DNA from: Candidatus Saccharimonadota bacterium
GTDB lineage: Bacteria; Pseudomonadota; Gammaproteobacteria; Enterobacterales; Enterobacteriaceae
Direction: 5' to 3'
Assembly (NCBI RefSeq): GCF_039383305.1
Contig: NZ_CP135009.1
Coordinates: 90,001-122,000 of the forward strand
DNA: 32,000 nucleotides
A program made the translations under genes and the position numbers. Below the pieces are notes generated by a model. The model saw only the letters and a program-made list of their open reading frames with translations, was not told the DNA's origin and searched no databases. This document shows, piece by piece, positions 26,278 to 32,000 of the stretch. Every line of letters begins with the position of its first letter. Position 1 is the first letter of the stretch.

Positions 26278-28035
26278 ATGTTAGAATATTTTAAAAAACC
26301 TATTATAAAGAAATTATTTCAAAGATTTGGAAAATCTTTTTTTTTCATACAAGAGACTCTTTTAGATTTTCCAGTATTATGGATTTCAAAAGACAATTTA
26401 ATTCAAGTTTTAAAATTTCTTTATTTTAATCAACCTAATTCTTATAATTTTTTATTTGATTTGCATGGTGTAGATGAACGTTTACGTAAAAATAGAAAAT
26501 TTTTACCGAAAGCTGATTTTTCTTTATTTTATCATATTATTTCTTTTATAGATAATAGTGATATTATGTTAAAAATTGCATTATTTGAAAAAAATTTAAT
26601 AGTTCCTACAATTACTTCTATTTTTTCTAATGCAAATTGGTATGAATGTGAGATTTGGGAAATGTTTGGAATAAGATTTTGTGGTCATCCAAATTTACGT
26701 CGTATTATTATGCCTAGTTATTGGAAAGGTTTTCCTATGCGTAAAGATTATCCATGTCGTGCTACAGAAAATCAAAATTTTTTTTTAGATTCAGAATTTG
26801 AAAAAAAATCTATGGAATCTTTAAATTTTAAACCTGAATCATGGGGTTTAAAAAACATAAATACTGGATTTGAATATATGTTTTTAAATTTAGGTCCTAA
26901 TCATCCTTCTTCTCATGGAGCTTTTCGAATTTTATTATTACTAGATGGAGAAAAAATTGTTAATTGTATGCCAGATATTGGGTATCATCATCGGGGAGCT
27001 GAAAAAATTGCAGAACGTCAAACTTGGCATAATTATATTCCTTATACGGATCGTATTGAATACTTAGGGGGATGTGTTAATGAAATGCCTTATATTTTAG
27101 CAGTCGAAAAATTAGCAAATATTATAGTTCCTAAAAAAGTTGAAATTATTCGTATTATGTTATCGGAATTATTTCGGATTAATAGTCATTTATTGTTTAT
27201 TTCTACATTTATTCAAGATGTAGGAAGTATGAGTACAGTTTTTTTAGCATTTACTGATAGACAAAAAATTTATGATATTATAGAAATGATTACAGGTGCA
27301 CGAATGCATCCTGCATGGTTTCGTATTGGGGGTGTAGCAAAAGATTTACCTAAAAAATGGCATCTAAAGCTTAAAAAATTTTTAGAGTGGATTCCTAAAA
27401 GATTAAAATTTTATACAAATATAGCGTTAAAAAATAGTATTTTAATTTCTAGATCTAAAGGAGTTGCTAGTTATATTGCAAAGGAAGCAATAGAATGGGG
27501 TATTACTGGAGCTGGTTTAAGGGCTACTGGTATAAATTTTGATGTTAGAAAATCACGTCCTTATTCTGGATATCAAAATTTTGAATTTGAAATTCCTATT
27601 GGATCAGGGATCAGTGATGCATATACTAGAGTTACTTTAAAAATGGAAGAAATATATCAAAGTTTACGAATTTTGCAGCAATGTTTAGAAAATATGCCTT
27701 CTGGACCATTTAAAGCTGATCATCCTTTAACTACACCTCAAGAAAAAAAAGAATCTTTATATAATATAGAAACTTTAATTACTCATTTTGTATCTATGTC
27801 ATGGGGTATTGTTTTAAATCCAAATGAGAGTTTTCAAATGGTAGAATCTACAAAAGGTATAAATAGTTATTATTTAATTAGTGATGGGGATATTTTTAGT
27901 TATAGAACTAGAATACGGACTCCTAGTTTTCCTCATTTACAGCAAATTCCATCAGTTATTCAAGGTTTTTTAATTTCTGATTTAATTGTTTATTTAGGTA
28001 GTATTGATTTTGTGATGTCAGATGTAGATCGTTAA
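26278..28035 (+). CDS. nuoC: NADH-quinone oxidoreductase fused subunit C/D
   Basis: The 585-aa fused protein resembles that of E. coli. The C part has [32 protein letters not shown]. The D part has [69 protein letters not shown] and ends [17 protein letters not shown], identical to the E. coli C-terminus. Confidence 0.97.
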   Translation: MLEYFKKPIIKKLFQRFGKSFFFIQETLLDFPVLWISKDNLIQVLKFLYFNQPNSYNFLFDLHGVDERLRKNRKFLPKADFSLFYHIISFIDNSDIMLKIALFEKNLIVPTITSIFSNANWYECEIWEMFGIRFCGHPNLRRIIMPSYWKGFPMRKDYPCRATENQNFFLDSEFEKKSMESLNFKPESWGLKNINTGFEYMFLNLGPNHPSSHGAFRILLLLDGEKIVNCMPDIGYHHRGAEKIAERQTWHNYIPYTDRIEYLGGCVNEMPYILAVEKLANIIVPKKVEIIRIMLSELFRINSHLLFISTFIQDVGSMSTVFLAFTDRQKIYDIIEMITGARMHPAWFRIGGVAKDLPKKWHLKLKKFLEWIPKRLKFYTNIALKNSILISRSKGVASYIAKEAIEWGITGAGLRATGINFDVRKSRPYSGYQNFEFEIPIGSGISDAYTRVTLKMEEIYQSLRILQQCLENMPSGPFKADHPLTTPQEKKESLYNIETLITHFVSMSWGIVLNPNESFQMVESTKGINSYYLISDGDIFSYRTRIRTPSFPHLQQIPSVIQGFLISDLIVYLGSIDFVMSDVDR

Positions 28036-28069
28036 ATGTATGTAAAATTTGAAGGTATAGGAAAATTTT

Positions 28070-28540
28070 ATGTGTAAATTAAATACAAAAGAATTATCTC
28101 AAATAAATGAAATTAAAAAACATTATAAATACCCTCAAGCCTCTTTAATTGAAGTATTAAAAATTGTGCAAGAAAATAGAGGTTGGATTTCTGATTTTAT
28201 GGTTAAAGAAATAGCGTATATTTTAGATATTTCTAGTTGTGAAGTAGATAGTGTAGCTACTTTTTATAGTCAAATTTTTAGAAAACCAGTAGGAAGAAAT
28301 ATTGTACGATATTGTGATAGTGTTGTATGTTTTTTAAATGGATATTTAAGTATTAAAAAAGCTTTGAAAAAAACTTTAAAAATTTCTCTTGGGCAAACAA
28401 CAAAAGATTTTAGATATACATTATTACCGACTTGTTGTTTAGGAGCATGTGATCAAGGTCCAGTTTTAATGATTAATAAAGATTTAATTTGTCATGTTAA
28501 AGTAGCAATGATTCCTAAAATTTTGGATATTTATAAATGA
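28070..28540 (+). CDS. nuoE: NADH-quinone oxidoreductase subunit E
   Basis: At 156 aa it carries the 2Fe-2S cysteine pattern (R.CDSV.C......, [14 protein letters not shown]) and the Y(P)....A..IE.L..VQ...GW block typical of NuoE. AGGAAA lies before the ATG. It overlaps nuoF by 4 nt (ATGA). Confidence 0.92.
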   Translation: MCKLNTKELSQINEIKKHYKYPQASLIEVLKIVQENRGWISDFMVKEIAYILDISSCEVDSVATFYSQIFRKPVGRNIVRYCDSVVCFLNGYLSIKKALKKTLKISLGQTTKDFRYTLLPTCCLGACDQGPVLMINKDLICHVKVAMIPKILDIYK

Positions 28541-29844
28541 AAAATATTAAATTAAACCCTGAAACTCATCCATTAACTTGGCGTTTAAATTCTGTTATTT
28601 CTCCAATTTGGATTCATGAATATATAAAAAAAAAAGGATATCAAGCAGTTTTAAAAACTTTAAAGAATTTTGAACCAAATGAAATTATTCAATTAGTAAT
28701 TCAATCAGGCTTAAAAGGTAGAGGGGGAGCTGGATTTCCTACAGGAGTAAAATGGAATTTAATGTCAAATAATAAATTAAAAAAATCTCGTTATTTAATT
28801 TGTAATGCTGATGAAATGGAACCAGGAACTTATAAAGATCGTTTTTTATTAGAAAATTTACCTCATCAATTAATAGAGGGGATGATTATTGCTGCTTTTG
28901 CGCTAAATGTAAAGTATGGATATATATTTTTAAGAGGAGATTATTATACTGCTGAAAAAAATTTAAATAGAGCATTAAGTGAGGCTAAAAATAGCGGATA
29001 TTTAGGAGATTATATTTGTAAAAGTAATTTTAGTTTTCATTTGTTTTTACATACAGGTGCTGGACGATATATTTGTGGTGAAGAAACTGCTTTAATTAAT
29101 TCTTTAGAAGGAAAACGAGCTAATCCTAGATATAAACCTCCTTTTCCGGCTATATCAGGTTTATGGGGTAAACCTACATGTATAAATAATGTTGAAACTT
29201 TATCTAATATACCATCGATTATTTTGTATGGAAATACTTGGTATCATAGTTTGTCTCAGAGTGTAGATACAGGTACAAAATTGTTAGGATTTTCTGGATT
29301 AGTAAAAAAAGCAGGTTTATGGGAATTACCTTTAGGGATTACAGCTAGAGAAATTTTTGAAAAATATTCTGGTGGCATGAGATCTGGTTATATTTTAAAA
29401 GCTTGGCAACCAGGAGGCGCGGGAACTAGTTTTTTAATAAATAAACATTTAGATGTTAAGATGGATTTTATAAGTTTACAGGAAATTGGTAGTAGATTAG
29501 GTACAGGATTATCTATGGCCATAGATACTTCAGTAAATATGATATCATTATTAATAAATTTAGAAACGTTTTTTGCTCGTGAATCTTGTGGTTTTTGTAC
29601 TCCTTGTCGAGATGGATTACCTTGGGTGGTAAAAATTTTAAAAAAGTTAGAAAGAAAACATGGATCTTTAGATGATATAAAATTATTAGAAGAAATTTCT
29701 GAAAATTTAGGTCCCGGAAAAACTTTTTGTGCTCATGCGCCAGGAGCTGTTTCTCCTTTAAAGAGTGCAATAAAATATTTTCGTACTGAGTTTGAAGCTG
29801 GTACAATTTTGTTTCCAAAATATTTTCAAAATATTTTAGTATAG
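28537..29844 (+). CDS. nuoF: NADH-quinone oxidoreductase subunit F (NADH/FMN-binding)
   Basis: It has [15 protein letters not shown] (FMN/NADH site, nt 28708-28746), [60 protein letters not shown] and the 4Fe-4S motif ESCG.CTPCRDG. It is 435 aa versus 445 aa in E. coli. Confidence 0.97.
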   Translation: MKNIKLNPETHPLTWRLNSVISPIWIHEYIKKKGYQAVLKTLKNFEPNEIIQLVIQSGLKGRGGAGFPTGVKWNLMSNNKLKKSRYLICNADEMEPGTYKDRFLLENLPHQLIEGMIIAAFALNVKYGYIFLRGDYYTAEKNLNRALSEAKNSGYLGDYICKSNFSFHLFLHTGAGRYICGEETALINSLEGKRANPRYKPPFPAISGLWGKPTCINNVETLSNIPSIILYGNTWYHSLSQSVDTGTKLLGFSGLVKKAGLWELPLGITAREIFEKYSGGMRSGYILKAWQPGGAGTSFLINKHLDVKMDFISLQEIGSRLGTGLSMAIDTSVNMISLLINLETFFARESCGFCTPCRDGLPWVVKILKKLERKHGSLDDIKLLEEISENLGPGKTFCAHAPGAVSPLKSAIKYFRTEFEAGTILFPKYFQNILV

Positions 29845-29956
29845 TTTAGGTTTTTAATTTATAAATTTAAAATTTAATAAATATTTTTTTAAAAAATTAT
29901 TTTTTTTAAAAAAAATAAAAAATTTATTTAGAGAAATTTTGGAGAATAGATAATTT

Positions 29957-32000
29957 ATGTTTTCAATTTATATTGATGGAAAAAAATTTTCTATCGAATA
30001 TCAACAAAATTTATTAGAAGTTTTTTTATCTCTTGGTTTTAATATTCCATATTTTTGTTGGCATCCTTGTTTAGGGAGTATTGGATCTTGCAGGCAATGT
30101 GCAATAAAATTATATCGAAATAAGGAAGATAATATTGGAACAGTAGTTATGTCTTGTATGATATCTGTTTATCCTGAAATGAAAGTTTCAATTTTAGATC
30201 CTGAAGTTACAAAATTTAGGAAAAGTATAATTGAATTTATGATGTTGAATCATCCTCATGATTGTTTAATATGTTCTGAAGGAGGTAAATGTCATTTGCA
30301 AGATATGACAATCTTAAATAAACATTATAAAAGACGTTATCATTTTAAAAAACGTACTTTTTCTAATCAATTTTTAGGTTTTTTTATTAAACAAGAAATG
30401 AATCGTTGTATTACATGTTATAGATGTGTGAGATATTATAAAGATTATGCAGGGGGTAAAGATTTTGGAGTATATGGGGTTAGTAATAATATATTTTTTG
30501 GACGTTTAGAAGATGGATGTTTAGAAAGTGAATTTTCAGGAAATTTAATTGATATATGCCCTACTGGAGTATTTACAGAAAAAGAAAATAAAAAAAAATA
30601 TTCTCGAAAATGGGATATTAAATATACTCCGAGTATTTGTCAACATTGTAGTATTGGATGTAATATTAGTATAGGGATTCAATATAAAAAAATGTGTAGT
30701 ATTGAAAATCGTTTTAATTTTGATATTAATCAACATTTTTTATGTGATTTGGGGCGTTTTGGGTATAGTTATTTAAATAATCAAAAATTTTCAAAATTAC
30801 CTATATTATTTTCAAATAAGGAAAAAAAAAGAATATTATATGAAGATGCGATAAAATTAATTTTACAATGGAAAAAAAAAAATTTATATAATATTGCCGG
30901 GATAGGGTCATCAAGAGCTAGCTTAGAAAGTAATTTTGCTTTATATAATTTAGTAGGAAAAAAAAATTTTTCTTCTGGAATGCCTAAAAAACTACAAAAT
31001 TGTATTTCTTTGATTACAAAAATTTTAAAAAATAGTGATATTACTATTCCTACTATTTCAGAAATTGAAACATATGATGTTATTTTAATTTTAGGAGAAG
31101 ATTTAACACAAACAGCTTCTCGTGCAGCTTTAGCTGTTCGTCAAGCTATAAAAAATGTTTTTTTAAGAAAAAAAAATATTAATAATATTGAATCATGGAA
31201 TTCAGAAGCACTTAAAACTATTTTTCAAAATAAAAAAAATTTTTTATTTATTACAAATACTGATATTACTAAATTAGATGATATTAGTCAATATAGTTAT
31301 TATGCCCCAGTACATGAACAAGTAAAATTTGGTTGTTTAATTTTAGAGTGTTTACAAGAATTATATTTAAAAAAATCTTTAAATATAAAAAAATATCCTT
31401 CAAAAGTAATTGAAATTTCTAAAACTTTAATTCTAGCAAAAAAACCTTTATTAATTTCTGGTTCTAGTAATTTAAATATTTCTTTAATAAAAATCACTTA
31501 TAATATAGCTCTTTTTTTAAAGAAGAAAAAATTTTTAGTGGGTTTAGCTTTATTTGTATCTTCTGTAAATAGTATTGGGGTTTCTATATTTAATGGAATA
31601 CCTTTAGAAAGTATTTTTAAAAGAATATTAAAAAGAAAAATTAATTTTTTGATTATTTTAGAGAATGATCTTTCTAGATTTTTTACATCAAAAAAAATAG
31701 TTAAAATAATGCAGTTTGTTAAAAATATAATTATTTTTGATCATCAGAAAAATAAAATAACTAAAAATTCTAATATTTTTTTTCCTTGTGCAAATTTTTC
31801 TGAAAGTACAGGAACTGTAATAAATTATGAAGCTAGAGCTCAAAGATTTTTTAAAGTTTATAATTATAACATTCATAAGAAAAAAAAAATTCTTTTAGAA
31901 AGTTGGAAGTGGATACAAGCTATTAAGAAAGAAGAAACTCAGATTATTACAATTAAGAATTATAAATTAGATCAATTGTTATCAAAATGTATAAATATTT
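29957..32000 (+). CDS. nuoG: NADH-quinone oxidoreductase subunit G, N-terminal ~681 codons (3' end lies outside the window)
   Basis: It is not in the ORF track because there is no stop in the window. I translated the frame from ATG 29957 (GGAGA at 29941-29945) line by line to nt 31999 and found no stop. Blocks are NLLE..LSLG..IPYFCWHP.LGS.G.CRQCA.K, MSCM, NHPHDC..C.EGG.CHLQDMT, EMNRCI.CYRCVRYYKDYA.G.D.GVYG, LESEFSGNL..ICPTGVFT.K, PSICQ.CSIGCNIS, FLCD.GRFGY.Y, GIGS.RAS.ESNFAL, VLENDL and ES.GTVIN.E.RAQRFF.VY. These are collinear with E. coli NuoG. Confidence 0.95.
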   Translation, partial: MFSIYIDGKKFSIEYQQNLLEVFLSLGFNIPYFCWHPCLGSIGSCRQCAIKLYRNKEDNIGTVVMSCMISVYPEMKVSILDPEVTKFRKSIIEFMMLNHPHDCLICSEGGKCHLQDMTILNKHYKRRYHFKKRTFSNQFLGFFIKQEMNRCITCYRCVRYYKDYAGGKDFGVYGVSNNIFFGRLEDGCLESEFSGNLIDICPTGVFTEKENKKKYSRKWDIKYTPSICQHCSIGCNISIGIQYKKMCSIENRFNFDINQHFLCDLGRFGYSYLNNQKFSKLPILFSNKEKKRILYEDAIKLILQWKKKNLYNIAGIGSSRASLESNFALYNLVGKKNFSSGMPKKLQNCISLITKILKNSDITIPTISEIETYDVILILGEDLTQTASRAALAVRQAIKNVFLRKKNINNIESWNSEALKTIFQNKKNFLFITNTDITKLDDISQYSYYAPVHEQVKFGCLILECLQELYLKKSLNIKKYPSKVIEISKTLILAKKPLLISGSSNLNISLIKITYNIALFLKKKKFLVGLALFVSSVNSIGVSIFNGIPLESIFKRILKRKINFLIILENDLSRFFTSKKIVKIMQFVKNIIIFDHQKNKITKNSNIFFPCANFSESTGTVINYEARAQRFFKVYNYNIHKKKKILLESWKWIQAIKKEETQIITIKNYKLDQLLSKCINI

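Noticed and set aside
29513-31876. Minus-strand ORFs 29513..29818, 30545..30736, 31300..31497 and 31688..31876
   Set aside because: All are antisense to nuoF or to the nuoG reading frame, which I verified is open from 29957 to the window end. They appear as the only calls after 29844 simply because nuoG has no stop in the window.
1-32000. Search for CRISPR arrays, IS elements or transposases, integrases, phage genes, toxin-antitoxin or defence-like operons, and alternative genetic codes
   Set aside because: None were seen. There are no spaced direct-repeat arrays, no terminal inverted repeats flanking ORFs, and no unassigned ORF over 100 aa outside known genes. TGA terminates pheS and nfo, and Trp is encoded by TGG, so the standard bacterial code applies. 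The window is ordinary conserved core genome.

Overview
This is an extremely AT-rich, gene-dense, purely housekeeping window. Hand counts give about 6-9% G+C in the long spacers; genes are visibly richer. I support 26 protein genes: thrS(3' end)-infC-rpmI-rplT-pheS-pheT-ihfA (+), glyS-glyQ (-), nfo-rplY (+), yabI/DedA (-), rsmA/ksgA (+), carB-carA-dapB-ileS (-), rpsT (+), dnaJ-dnaK (-), and nuoA-B-CD-E-F-G(5' part) (+). This content and order match a reduced gammaproteobacterial insect endosymbiont. From memory, the best match is Buchnera aphidicola from a strongly reduced lineage; the strain cannot be determined. The genetic code is standard (TGA is a stop, TGG is Trp). Two genes are missing from the ORF track because they run off the window edges: thrS (1-280) and nuoG (29957-32000). 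Several track ORFs are over-extended at the 5' end or, for infC, truncated. I find no RNA genes, CRISPR arrays, IS elements, phage genes or defence-like genes, and I do NOT find a novel multi-gene system. Every long ORF is either a recognisable core gene or a shadow ORF inside one. The points worth a second look are small-scale. (1) Non-AUG starts are retained: infC AUU, rpsT UUG, carA UUG. (2) A near-consensus sigma-32 promoter lies upstream of dnaK. (3) G/C-bearing inverted repeats sit at all four convergent gene junctions and inside the dnaK-dnaJ spacer, including a 65-nt extended hairpin after rpsT. (4) Spacers are collapsed or eroded exactly where E. coli carries ribF, lspA and the folA/apaGH region. 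(5) A 32-bp perfect palindrome lies upstream of dapB. (6) Poly(A) tracts of 12-15 nt sit inside intact essential genes.
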